A stretch of DNA of 64,000 nt from Octopus bimaculoides (taxonomy: Eukaryota): NCBI RefSeq assembly GCF_001194135.2, contig NC_068983.1:4011449-4075448 (forward strand), written 5' to 3'. The notes beneath the pieces were generated by a model. The model was not told where the DNA came from, made no database searches, and worked only from the letters and a program-made list of their open reading frames with translations. Below are positions 13,858-26,060 of this stretch, one piece after another. The position numbers and the translations under genes are program-made. Position 1 is the stretch's first letter. Every line of letters begins with the position of its first letter.

Positions 13858-14446
13858 GTATGTATAAATATATATATATATGTGTATGTGTATACACACA
13901 CATATGTACATATAGAGACACACATTTATATATATATATGTACAATATATACATCTTATACACACACACAGGTATGTGTGTGTGTATTTATATACATGTA
14001 TGTATATATAAATATACTCGCATATACCCCCACATATATGTATACCCAATACTTAATACATACACAAATATCAATGTATACATACATGCACACACGTAAT
14101 ATATGCACGCACGTGCACACATGTATACATGTATGAATATACATGCATGTACATACGTGTAACCATAGACGCACGCACACGCCAAACCACATAAATTGTA
14201 TAAGTTATGATGACGATGGAGGGGCGGGAACCAAAAGATCTTTGGGCTGCCGTAGATGTTGCCTTTGTTGTTGTTTAACCCTGGGTCGAATCTGATCCAT
14301 CAACGGATCCACGATGACTGAATTAAACTGCGCTCAGAATTTCGTTATCGAAAGCGTTCTTCTAACACGATTAATTGTGACTTGAACGAGATGTAACTGT
14401 TATTTCTAGCTGTCTTATCCTGCGGCATCACAACCCCTTCCATTGG

Positions 14447-14481
<35 letters not shown>

Positions 14482-14829
14482 ATATTCGTACCCTGTTGTT
14501 CAAATACTGCCACCCATCCTCTTAGCTTATTTCTAATTTCATTTATGCAAGTGACCTCGGTCACGTGTTTTATCCCTCCCTATTTTTGCATTTGACTAAG
14601 CGTTTCATAAAGCTGGACAAGTGATGTGACGATGGCGCATATCAAGCCAGAAACACGTAGCCAGTTGTTTTAATCCTGAAGCTTGTCTTCTCGTTTGGAG
14701 TCGGCATCAACTTCCACCAAGCGATTGCCCTACCTTCTCTGCAAGCAGGGAAACTTCCAATAACTCAAGAATTCATTTTGTATGGTATTTAATATACCTT
14801 CATTCGCTTTTGTTGCTCAATTTTATGTC

Positions 14830-15270
14830 CGCGGCCGCTTTGACTACTTTTTGTTTCCTTGTGGTGGTTGGTAGTTTCGGATGGTGCAGTGGTAGCAGAG
14901 AAGGTGTACGTAGTGGTGGCTGTAATGCTGTGACGGTTGTTGTATGGACGTGGTAGTAAAGGTGATGCAGTAACAGCAGTTGTAGTGCGGTGATGGTGAG
15001 GACGTAGAGACATTGTTGTTGCGGTGGCGGTAATGTGGTTATTGTCATTGTGGTGGTGTTGCGGTGGTAGTGTAGCGGTAGTATTGTGGTGACGGTAGTA
15101 GGTGATAAACCTAGGTGGAGATGACGGACATGGTGTTTGCGGTGTTGTTGTTGTTGGTGGTGGAAGAGATGATGATGGTGGTGGCGGTGGTGATGATGGT
15201 GGTCGTGGTAGCGGTGGTTGATGGTGGTGGTGGAGATGAATATGGTGGTGGTGGCGGTGGCGTAGACGCA
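14830..15270. repeat. Cryptic (GGT/GTT/GAT) trinucleotide low-complexity block
   Basis: Seen directly; produces His/Thr/Pro-rich open frames on the minus strand. Confidence 0.85.
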
Positions 15271-17014
15271 AGACGTAAAGTTGTTTGACTGCTTTTTATA
15301 CACGTAACTTACTTTTGACTTTCATTCATTTATTTAGCCAGGGTGTTTAGCAGCTCGGGTGCGTATATTGTATGCGTGTATGTGTTCAGGTGGACATTTA
15401 TATATTCATTCATATGTATATGCATGTATGTATGTATGTACGTATGTATGAACATAGACACACACACATATAATATTTGTGTGTGTGTGTGTGGATGTGT
15501 AGGTGGTAGTGGGGATGGGGGTGGGGAGATGTCCGCCCCACCCATCCTCTTTATTAAACCAAGAGCTTCCTTTCACTTTTTAGTTTTCTCTCGAAGAGAT
15601 AAAAAAAACCCCACCAGAAACGAACAAGAACAAGAAGAAGAAGAACAACAACGACAACGATGGTGGGATATTTTTGAAAGTACGGCTACTTAGTGAAACA
15701 ATCATACACGCCTACACACACGTATTTATATACATATGTGTGTGTGTGTGTGTATATATGTGTATATATATATGTGTGTGTATACTTATATATTTATACA
15801 CATGTGTGTGTGTATGTGTGTGTGTGAGTGCACGTGTGTGTGTGTGTACTTGCACACACGTACAGACACACATTGACATATTAAAAGCAATAACTACACA
15901 CACTCTTTGGCCTCAATTTTATCTGTTTATATATTGAATGGCAATTCATTCCCCCGCCCCCCACACCACCCCAACCCCAGCGGCAACCCTGGGAAAGTTG
16001 TGTTATCTCGGTGGAAACTCCACCCCCCGCCCACCTCTATAACAGGAGGATCTTCATTCACAGTCCCAGCTCTGCTTCTTTGTCATCCAGCTGAATGCAC
16101 AGTGGTATGTCTGTTGAGCATGAAGTGTCAACAACCCGCTCCAATCACAGAACGCAATATTCTTGTGATGAGGTCCGAGTAAAGTGGAATGAAAAGTAGT
16201 CGGTCAGATACAGCGGCGATCAGAACAACGCCATTCTAGAACATCATTCAAATGAAGACCTCCAGAAGGCAAAAACAAAGTCAAGTGGACTGCAAACATC
16301 ATGGTACAGAACATTCATATATGTGACATGAGAAAAGCCAATGGGCACAAGCGTAACTGTGTGCGACGTAGTTTGTTTGTTTTGGCAAGGTTTCTACACT
16401 TGGATGCCCTTCCTAATGCCAAACACTTTACAAAGTGTAGCACATACACAGATGGTTCTCGACACAATATCAGAACTTGATCGATTAGGCCTTTATGAAT
16501 GGATAGCACTCAGCCTGATTGAAGTCAGTTTCCAGCAAGACACGTTCGCTGTTTTCCGCAGAAGATTCAACTGGAATCCAAACGGCTGAAGAATGACACC
16601 CGGGCGATAAACATGGCAGCTGAAACCAATTCAAAATGGTTAGGGTTGGACAAGAGACTGCAGATAGAAGCGTTCTGTAGGCGAAGACCAATTCAGTCGT
16701 TATTGCCCCCACCCAGATCCCTACTGATGATATAGAAGGGTTTGCACAGTCCAACGGCTTCGGGCACTACCTGGAGGATTGGTTTGCGATAGTTCTGAAA
16801 CAGTGGGACACAGGGTGTGACAAGGCTGTACATTTTAAATTACAGGTACAAATTCGCCCGACGGGTTTCCTTATAGTATCCATCTACTCGGTTTCATTCA
16901 CAAAGTGTAGGTCATTCCGAGGATATAAAAAAAGACAGTAGCCTTAGGTACCATGCAGTAGGGTCGAATTTGGAAGGTTGTGTTTATGAAGCAAGCTCCG
17001 TTTAACCATCAAAC

Positions 17015-17323
17015 CAGCGTTTCTCAACCGGAGTTCCCCGGAACCATAGGGTTCCGCAAAAGGTTCCTGGGGTTTCCGCGAGAAAGAGTGAGATAAGCTA
17101 ATGCTAATTTCATGATCGTAATATTACTAAACATGCACAACATATTATTGATTATTGTAATATAGACATCATCCTATCTAACCTATTATGTTATCAAAAA
17201 TATAACTACACACACATATGTATATATATATGATATGATATGTAATTTCTTTGGTGCAGGGGTTCGTTGAGACATGTAATTTATTTTAAGGGTTACGCAA
17301 AAAAAAAAGGTTGAGAAACACTG
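17015..17323. mobile_element. hAT (Charlie-type) MITE
   Basis: TIRs CAGCGTTTCTCAACC / GGTTGAGAAACACTG (14/15 match); 8-bp TSD CATCAAAC / CATTAAAT (6/8). Confidence 0.85.
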
Positions 17324-17394
17324 CATTAAATTATACTGCGCCTCTGTGTGTGCGCGCGTGCGTAGATCTTTTATTCTTTTATCTTTTTTTTTTA

Positions 17395-17655
17395 AAGCCT
17401 GATACTTATTCTATCATCGGTCGCTTTTGCTGAACCGGGGACGCAAACACACCGACACCCATTGTCAAGCAATGATGGCAAACAAACACAGTTACACACA
17501 CAGACGTACATATATATATATACAACTGGCGTCTTTCAGCTTCCGTCAACCAAATCTCCTCATAAGTCTTTGGATGGCCCAAGGTGCCATGCAATGGGAC
17601 TGAACCCGGATCTATGTGGTTGGGAAGCAAATGTCTTACCACACAACTCACCCCT
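17395..17655 (-). mobile_element. SINE family A, diverged
   Basis: Head and body motifs present. Confidence 0.75.
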
Positions 17656-18035
17656 TATATGCGTGTGTGTAGATAATGTGTATCTCCAGTGACATCGTAA
17701 ATATAACAATATTACTCAGAAATAGAGTTGTTCGTTGTAGTACCATACCATTCCACCCCCGCCCTCACTCTCTCTCTCTCTCTCTCTCTCTCACACGCAC
17801 ACACATGGAGTAGCGCTGAAAGAAACGGTGTTTGGAAGTAAAAAAGAAAATAAATAAATGAAAGCTGTGTGTGTGAACTGAAGAGAAGTGTTAAGTCAGA
17901 AATTAGGGTGAGTGTCTTGGCTTAAAGGCTGAGAAGGGCGGAGAAGAGCCATCTGTTTGATGTAGATGGAGTAGGGGGAGGAGGAGGAAGGTTCACTGAA
18001 GTGAGCGACTACTATATCAACACCACCACCACCAT

Positions 18036-18083
<48 letters not shown>

Positions 18084-18384
18084 GACCACCACCACCACTA
18101 CTGGTATCTAATATCTGGCTACAATGTACCCGATGTATTGCTCGAAGTTTCTGATGAATCGAATTGGTTTGAGAAAGGCATGAAGGTCACAGCTTCCCTC
18201 CTCTCAGTAAATTCAAGTAACTCACCTGTGCCTGAATAAGAGTTTAAGAGTCGTATCTTACACCGAGCAGGAGATGACACTCAAATCAATAATGACCCAT
18301 TATGTGGTTGCCCAACCTGTTCGAAATAGCAGCCAAGTTCCTCTCAATCCACACGCTAACGTTATCGGAAATGAAAGCGCTTGG

Positions 18385-18625
18385 TCAAGTGGTTAGAGTG
18401 GTGCATCCACGTTCGCAATGATTGTGGTTTCGAGTCCTAGACCGGGCAACGCGTTATGTTCTTGAGCAAAACACTTAATTTCACGTTGTTCCAGTCCACT
18501 GAGCTGTCAATGAGTAACCCTACAATGGACTGGCGTCCAATCCAGGGGTAATGTGCTCTCGGTCACTTATACTCCATGGAAACCAGAGAACTGGCTGGCC
18601 CTACGAACCCTAAGACTCGAGACAG
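18385..18625 (+). mobile_element. tRNA-derived SINE with V/Meta-like central domain
   Basis: Head GGTCAAGTGGTTAGAG...GGTTTCGAGTCC; core shared with 55905-56145. Confidence 0.65.
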
Positions 18626-19106
18626 TTCTTTACATATAACTTCGATTTCTGAAAGGAACAACGAGATCGGGGTTTCGTCATTATTTATGATCCTTATTTT
18701 CTGTCCCAAACTTCGATTCAGTCTAAAATCGAAAGACTGTCCGTGTGGCTGAGGACAGATTATCGTGAGAGACGGCAGGACAGTGGCAACGGAAGTCGGA
18801 ATCTGCTCTGGAGTATGAAACAACTTATCTACCGAATCGATCGATCTCGAAAACGGAAAGTTCTGGAAGCTTTCGCAGCTTCTTAGTATCGACTGACCCG
18901 AGCTTGACCGCTGTTGGCATGAAACCTCTTTCATCACTTCGGTCTTTGATGTTCTCGTTCGAATATTTGCTACAGCCATCGATATCTGCATCCGCGGTCG
19001 GCTTCATCTGGGTTCAAACCCATGGTTTCTGTGCCCCGACTTCTCCGGCTCACCACCTCAATAAAAAAGTAGAGGAAGTTTTCTCTGTCATTAGGGACCA
19101 AAGTAG

Positions 19107-19345
19107 TGAAGCCACGTGACTTAGTAGTTAGAGTATGCGGCTAAAAATCATAAGGTTGTGAGTTCGATGCTCCTGTCCACTTACTTGGTAAAAATAAGCC
19201 GTACTCGCATTTCAATGGCTCCACGGTGAATCACCCTGAGAACTACGTTAAGGGTACGCGTGTCTGTGGAGTACTCAGCCACTTGCACGCTAAACTCTAT
19301 CGATCGCATCAGCTGGAAGTCATCGCCGTAACAGACGGAGTACCA
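19107..19345 (+). mobile_element. SINE family C, internally deleted
   Basis: Head and 3' body match. Confidence 0.75.
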
Positions 19346-20349
19346 GTTTCGTTTCGTTTTAATTGAAATACCAATAGCCTATAGATGGCGTTGTTGTTTA
19401 GATCCACGCAGTGTGACTGAACCCGGAACCATGTGGTTGGGAAGCAAGCTTCTTACCACACAGCTACGTCTGCACCTATGGATAGTTTGAAAGTAAATTC
19501 GGTTGCTATTTCTACCATGTGCAGTGAGTGACCACATAGATGAGGATCCTGCGTTGGCCTAAATAGAGAGAGGATCCCTCAACACCACCGCCAACAACAA
19601 TTAACCAGCGAGAGCGCTTTCATGTGGGTGATCGACCTGCTGGAAATGATAACCAAATCTCCCTCAAATCATTCACTTCTGTTTAAGAATATTATGAGAA
19701 AAAACTGGAATGGTGCGGCTGGGATAGTTTTGTTTATCGAACAGTTTACTCAATTTAGACAGATCTGCCTAAAAAACAGCAACAACGACCACGACCACCA
19801 CGACGACGACAACGGTATTTTCTTTTCTCTGACGATTCCAACAGGAATGGCAAATAAACTGATGCGCGACGCTCTCCACTCCCCTAACCGCATGGAGATG
19901 AAACCGTCGAAACGGAGGGATTGTGTGGCTCTCGTAAGGCAGCACCGATTCAACAGATGTCGTAATTGGGTTAGCAAGGATCGTTAAGGTTACGGGAAGG
20001 TCGTAAGGGTTTAGGAGGGCACACTTACAAGGTGCAGCGGTTTAGTTTGGCGACGAGAATAAATACAACACAACACGAGCCAACAAGGTGGGACTGCTAC
20101 GTGGTAGTTTAACCTCCCAGAAATAACAGTCAAATCACCTTTCAAAATACACCCTACTGCAAAGGTTAAATTATATAATGTAATATTATTATTGAGGCAA
20201 GATGGTCACGGTTGGAATGTCTTTGATAGCAAGTCTATTTCGTAACTCATTGACCTAGGGCTAAAAACAAACAGAAAACAACAAGAACAAGAGTAAAAGC
20301 CACTTGAAGGTTTTTTGCTAACAACACAATAGCAGCGTTAGACGATAAA

Positions 20350-20672
20350 CTGGTTCTCCGTCGATTGCGACGACGAGCGTTTCAGTGGATCCGATCAGCG
20401 GAACACACAGCTTTTGAAATTAACGTGTAAGTGGCTGAGTACTCCACAGACATGTGTACCCTTAACGTAGTTCTCAGAGAGATTCAGCGTGACACAGAAT
20501 GTGACAAGGCTAGCCCTTTGGAATTACAGGTACAACTCATTTTCGCCAGCTAAGTGGACTGGAGCAACGTGAAATAAAGTGTCTTGCTCAAGGACACTAC
20601 TCGCCTCCAGGAATTGAACTCATGACCTTACGACCATGAGCCGAATGCCCTAACCACTGAGCCACGCGCCTT
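20350..20672 (-). mobile_element. tRNA-derived SINE, family C (near full length)
   Basis: tRNA-like head (GGCGCGTGGCTCAGTGGTTAGGGCATTCGG...GAGTTCAATTCC) and body GAGATTCAGCGTGACACAGAATGTGACAAGGC repeated throughout the window. Confidence 0.85.
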
Positions 20673-21289
20673 TATCACCCAGTTGTCTAATTAAATGAAC
20701 GTTCGATTCGTTAATTACCATTTTAGTGGTTGAATATTCCGTTGAGACACGAAATTCTCAGGTAGAATCAGTGCGACGCAGTGTGTAGCAAGGCTGTTCA
20801 TTTTGAGTAGCAGGTTCAAATCCATCGGACGGTCTTGTATACACTTTCCGTTGGCCTTGAGTTCACTTGGAAAATGACATTTGCCCAAGACACCACTCGT
20901 AGGGATCGAACCGGGGACCACGTGCACCACTCAGCCATTAACAACTGCAACATTCTCACAGCCTTTCCCAACACCACAAAATCGCTGCAGTAACAATAAC
21001 AACACTGGCAGCAGTATAGCGGTAACGTTAACGACATTAGCAACAACGATAGCAACAGGTAAGAAGAATGTAACATAAAGCGATCAGATTAGCAACAGCA
21101 GGTAGTGGTTTCAGATTTCGGCACAAGGCCAGCAATTTAGGGGAACGGATACGTCGAGTACATCGTCCCCTGTGCCCAACTGGAACCGATTTTATCGACA
21201 GAAAAACGACCGAAATACCGCTAAGTCTTTTGCCCGGGGTGCTAACGGTTCTGCCAAGCTCGCCACGTTAGCAATAATAATAGTAATAA

Positions 21290-21477
21290 TTCTTTCTACT
21301 AAAGGTACAAAGCATGAAATTTTGGCGGAAGGGGACTAGTCGATATTTCACTGGTACTTAATTTATCGACCCCGAAAGGATGAAAGGCAAAGTCGACCTC
21401 GGCGGAATTTGAACTCAGAACTCGTTAGCATCCTGAATGGAAATTCAGGATGCTAACGATTTTGTCAGCTGACCACC

Positions 21478-21480
<3 letters not shown>
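21290..21480 (-). mobile_element. SINE family B with an internal fold-back rearrangement
   Basis: Body match; a 17-bp perfect inverted repeat at 21422-21459 replaces consensus sequence. Confidence 0.85.
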
Positions 21481-21535
<55 letters not shown>

Positions 21536-22159
21536 TGATGATGATTAGTCAGTGCACGAGCATCAATCTGAGGGTTGTTGTTTAGCCCTGGGACTGTCCC
21601 GCTCCAGTAAATCTATGATCAAAGAACGTTCCAGTCTTGACCATGCATTTAATGGTTGGATGCCGACATGGACGAGTGGTTAAGCTATTCCCTTCGCAGT
21701 CCTGAGATTCCAGATTCGAACTCGCTACCTTGGTGCCATTTACCATAGCTGACTGACCTGCATCATCTGAGTGAAACGGGTCGACGAAAACTGTGAGGTG
21801 AGCTGTCGGGTGGATTGTACTCGTAATTCAATAATTCAGACTTGTCACATCGATTCAACTTCGAAATTGTGTCAATGCACACATGTTAGCGGAATATTCA
21901 ATCACACACATGTTAATTTAATGTGAGGAGAGTTCAGCTGATAAAATAAACACCGGAATAATCATCGTCGAAACCAGCGGAGAACCCGATTATATTGTCA
22001 CTACATTAGCCAATGTGTCCATTCTTTTTAAAGTAGAGATGAGTGTGACTGGGGAAAGATTCGGCTGCTATTTCTAGCAGATCTCGCAACCATGTAATAG
22101 GAGACAAGGAAACTAGGCTGTTGTGGCAGTCGTTCTTCGGCGGACGGAGTGATAAACAC

Positions 22160-22518
22160 ACGGCGTGGCTGTGTGTTAAGAAGCTTGCTTCCTAACCACA
22201 TAGTTCTGGGTTCAGTCCCACTGCGTGGCACCTTGAGGTTAATGTCTTCTACTATAGCTTCGCGCTTGAGTAGATTTGGTAGAAGGAAACTGAAAGAAGC
22301 CCGTCGTGTATATATTAGTGTGTCTGTGTTTGTCCCTTCTACCATCGCTTGACAACCGATGTTGGTAAGTTTACATTTCCGTAACATAGCGGTTCGGCAT
22401 AAGAGACCGATGGAATAAGTACTAGGCTTACAAAGAATAAGCCCCGGTGTCGGTTTGTTCGATTAAAGGCGGTGCTCCAGCAAAGTCGCAGTCAAATGAC
22501 TGAAACAAGTAAAAGAAT
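22160..22518 (+). mobile_element. SINE family A
   Basis: Near full-length match. Confidence 0.85.
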
Positions 22519-22711
22519 ATATATTCACTTGCAAACCCGAATCTTACGCAATGGGATTGAACTCGAAACCACGTGGTTGCGAAGCGAATTCCTAATTTCC
22601 TAACAACACAACTCGGCACCACATAAAACTGATTTCAGTTGTTAAATGATTCCTAGAAAAGAATATTTTGGTCAATGTTTTTGGTATTTGAAGAATTTTA
22701 ACATGATTTGC

Positions 22712-22898
22712 GTTTTTTATCTTTTACTTGTTTCAGGCTGTGGCTATGGTGGGGCACCACATCGAAGACCTTTTAGTCGAATGAATCGACCCCAGTACCT
22801 ATTCTATCGGATCCTTTTACCGAGCCACTAAGTTACAGGGACGTAAACACACCAGGACCGGTTGTCAAACGGTGGTTGGGTACAAACAGACACACACA

Positions 22899-22937
<39 letters not shown>

Positions 22938-23080
22938 GATGGGTTTCTTTCAATTTCCGTCTACCAAATCCCCTCACAAGGCTTCGGTCGGCTGTAGCAG
23001 AAGACACTTGTCCAAGGTGTCACGCAATGGGACTGAACCCGGAACCATATGGTTGGCAAGTAAACTTCTTACCACGCAAC
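22712..23080 (-). mobile_element. SINE family A
   Basis: Near full-length reverse-complement match. Confidence 0.85.
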
Positions 23081-23332
23081 CTTGCCGTTTCAAACACCGG
23101 AATGATGATGACAGATATTTCCCCACATTCTTCGTTATTTTCCAGATTAATTTTAACCAAAGGGTTCCATTACCGTACAATGTAAATAACCTCGGAAGTG
23201 ATCCGGGGACTTCATCCCGATAACTTGAAAGATTGTTCCTGTTGTATATAGAATGGTTTATTTCTGTATTTCTTCAAAGAACGATATCAGAGAACGTTTA
23301 TGTGGAAATAGCCGCAGAATCGTACTATAACA

Positions 23333-24020
23333 GGCGTGGCTGTGTGGTAAGAAGCTTTCTTCCCAACCACATGGTCCCAGGTTCAGTCCAACTGTGTGGT
23401 ACCTGAGACAAGTGTCTTCTACTGCAGCCTCGGGCCAACCAAATTCTTGTGTGCGAATTTGGTAGACGGAAACTGAAAAGCTGAAAGCACAGGGGTGGCT
23501 GTGTGGTAAAAAGCTTGCTTCCCAACCACATGGTTCTAGGTTCAGTCCCACTGCGCGGCACCTCGGGCCGACCGAAGACTTGTGAGAAGATTTGGTTGAC
23601 GGAAACTGAAAGAAGCTCGTCGTATATGTGTGTGTGTATTTGTCCGCCCCCACCATCGCTTGACAACCGGTATGTTTAGGTCCCCGTAAAACAGCGGTTC
23701 GACAAAAGAGACCGATAGAATAAATACTAAGCTTACAAAGAATAAGTCCTGGGGTCGATTTGTTCGACTAAAGGCGGTGCTCCAGCATGACCGCAGTCAA
23801 ATGGTTGAAACAAGTAAAAGAATATATATGTGTGTGTGTGTGTGTTTGTCTCCCACCACCGCTTGACAACCGGTGTTGGTGTATTGACGTTCGTACAATA
23901 TAGCAGTTCGGCTAAAGAGAACGATAGAGTAAGTACTAAGCTTTAAAAAAATACTAAGGTCGATTCATTCGACTAAAAACTCTCATGGTAGAGCCCCAGT
24001 ATGGCCACAGTCTATTAATC
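23333..24020 (+). mobile_element. Nested SINE family A copies (5' half, full copy, 3' half)
   Basis: 5' half 23333-23485, complete copy 23490-23823, diverged 3' half 23824-24020. Confidence 0.8.
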
Positions 24021-24689
24021 AAAATTCTTCTGTTCCGGCTTTAGAGTTTGACAAAGTGAAATTGGTAGGTAAAAGACAGCGACACGCTGAAGACAGTTCT
24101 TCAGGTAGCTGACTGAACGGCCAGGCGCCAAACTGGGCCTCGCTTCTCTATAAATACTCATCAAGCTTAAAATTCCTTTACCAACTCACTCATGCATTTA
24201 ATAACGTCTTGGTTGTACGGAATCCCTCCCTCACCCTCTTTCTATCTGTCTATCTATATCAATCTATCCATCTATCTATCTACTTCTCTGTCTGTCTATC
24301 TATCTATCTATCTATCTATCTAAATAAATAAATAAATAAATACATAAAGCGGCAGTTTATTAAAAAGGATTTAAACTGAGAAGTTCGATCAGTTATTTCT
24401 GACAGGAGTGGGGTCAGTCGTTATCATCGACTCAAGTACATGATTAAGAGAAGGTAGAATGGAATGTTTAAAACAACAAAAGGCCCCAAAGTGTTAAACT
24501 GGCCACACTAAACTATTTTCCAGGGAGTCATCTTAAACAGATGCGATGAATGGAAGACAGAATATGATGCACCAGAAATGGTAAAATGTGTGGTAACATG
24601 GAGTAGAAATAGCCATGGAATCTTCTACCACTGAAGCAAAGAACCAATATAAGAAGTGGGTAATTTCGAGTCCAATAAATTGAGGCTCC

Positions 24690-25070
24690 TAGTTGTCACA
24701 GTACTTGCTAGAAATAGCAGCCAAATCTCGCTTAGAACCACACCCTGCCATCTTACAAAAGGATAAACTGGATAATGCAGAAAGATGAGATATATGGCCA
24801 CGGCTGGAATCTCTTCTGATCATCTCTCACCCTCTCTCTGTTCTTGTGAGGCTGACCTGGGGTTAAACAACGACAGCTTTTTTTTTATGTTCTTATGGTG
24901 TCAAACTTGATTGAGCACACCTGTGATCAAAGGTGTTCCTACCATGCCATCCTGCCTCTTTTCATTCCCAGTATATTTTAAACTATATTATCCAATAAGC
25001 CCTTTCTCATTTAAGACAGTGGGGTGCGGATAAGCAGGGCATTTGACTACCATTTCTAGCATGACGCTCG
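24690..25070. repeat. Two tail-to-tail copies of an unclassified interspersed repeat
   Basis: CTAGAAATAGCAGCCAAATC...GGATAATG...GATC motif at 24700-24875 (+) and its reverse complement at 24890-25070; further copies near 18300, 19640, 20100, 25370 and 60780. Confidence 0.65.
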
Positions 25071-25842
25071 ATACGTTCACCGACCCCTTCATTGGCGCGT
25101 GCGACTAGTTTTTCATTAGTGAAGGTGGACACATTCCTGGGGTCCTGTTAAAACTGGATCTATCCCAGTTGATTGTGAAAATTATTTTGTTGATTTCAGT
25201 GTGTATTGAACACGGAACGAGGAAGTCCAAAGTTAGATGTTGTACCATTTATGATAAACCTCCCGTATAGAGTAAGAATCTGTTGCTCTCGCGTTTATCT
25301 CAACTTCCCGCCTTTTACTTCAATTACTGATAACATGCTACATTACATGTGAAGCCAGTGGAGGAGGCCGGTCGCACGACCTGTTAGAAACAGCAGCCAA
25401 ATCCCTCTGACCGTCATTACCTTAAACAACAAAAGGACACATTAGATTACGTAGTCCTACAAACACTTAAACGGGATGGTCACGGCTAGAATACCTTTGA
25501 CTATAGGCCTGTTCGATGAGAATTAACCCGGGTTTAAAACAACTAGAAATCACCTTCAAATCACATTTAGTAATTAAAAAAACCAACAGGACATACTGAA
25601 TAATACAAAGGCAGGGGTCGGTATGGTTGGAATGTCTTTGATCACAGCTGACTCGGGGCTAAGCGACAGCTGTTGATAACAAGGAATTCTGAGACACAAA
25701 CCTACACATTCGGGCGGGTCCAAGGTGGAGGGGAATGAATCGACACCAGAGTATGACTGGTAGTCTATTTTATCGACCAGTCCTTGAAGGGTGTAAGGTT
25801 AAAGTTAACCTTAGCGGGATTTGAACTCACAAAGGTTCAAGC

Positions 25843-26060
25843 CAGTGGTTCTCGCCCGGATTCCATATATGGTCCTTGGAGTCCATAAAAGATTCTTTTG
25901 GAAAAGATTCGATTATAATTCTACAATACACAAAATGTTTTAGCAAATTTTTTAAATACAATTCCTAAAGATATTCAATTCTAAACATATAACAGGGTTT
26001 TTTAAACGTCAAATAACTTTGAGGGTCCACCCGTTTAAGACAGGAATCAAAGGGACCCAT
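25843..26060. mobile_element. hAT-like MITE, left end only (cut by gap)
   Basis: Begins CAGTGGTTCTC; right end not visible. Confidence 0.45.

Noticed and set aside
14789-15303. 160- and 167-aa His/Thr/Pro-rich ORFs
   Set aside because: Overlapping frames open because of cryptic CAC/ACC repeats; no domain or supported splice sites.
19800-20040. Minus-strand open frame containing VESVAHQFI, vaguely like P450 helix D
   Set aside because: No acceptor or donor bracketing it, and motif order does not fit.
23085-23247. Minus frame YRD...NGTLWLKL resembling the P450 B'-C region
   Set aside because: Wrong phase for the 27694 donor, no donor site, weak similarity, and wedged between SINEs.
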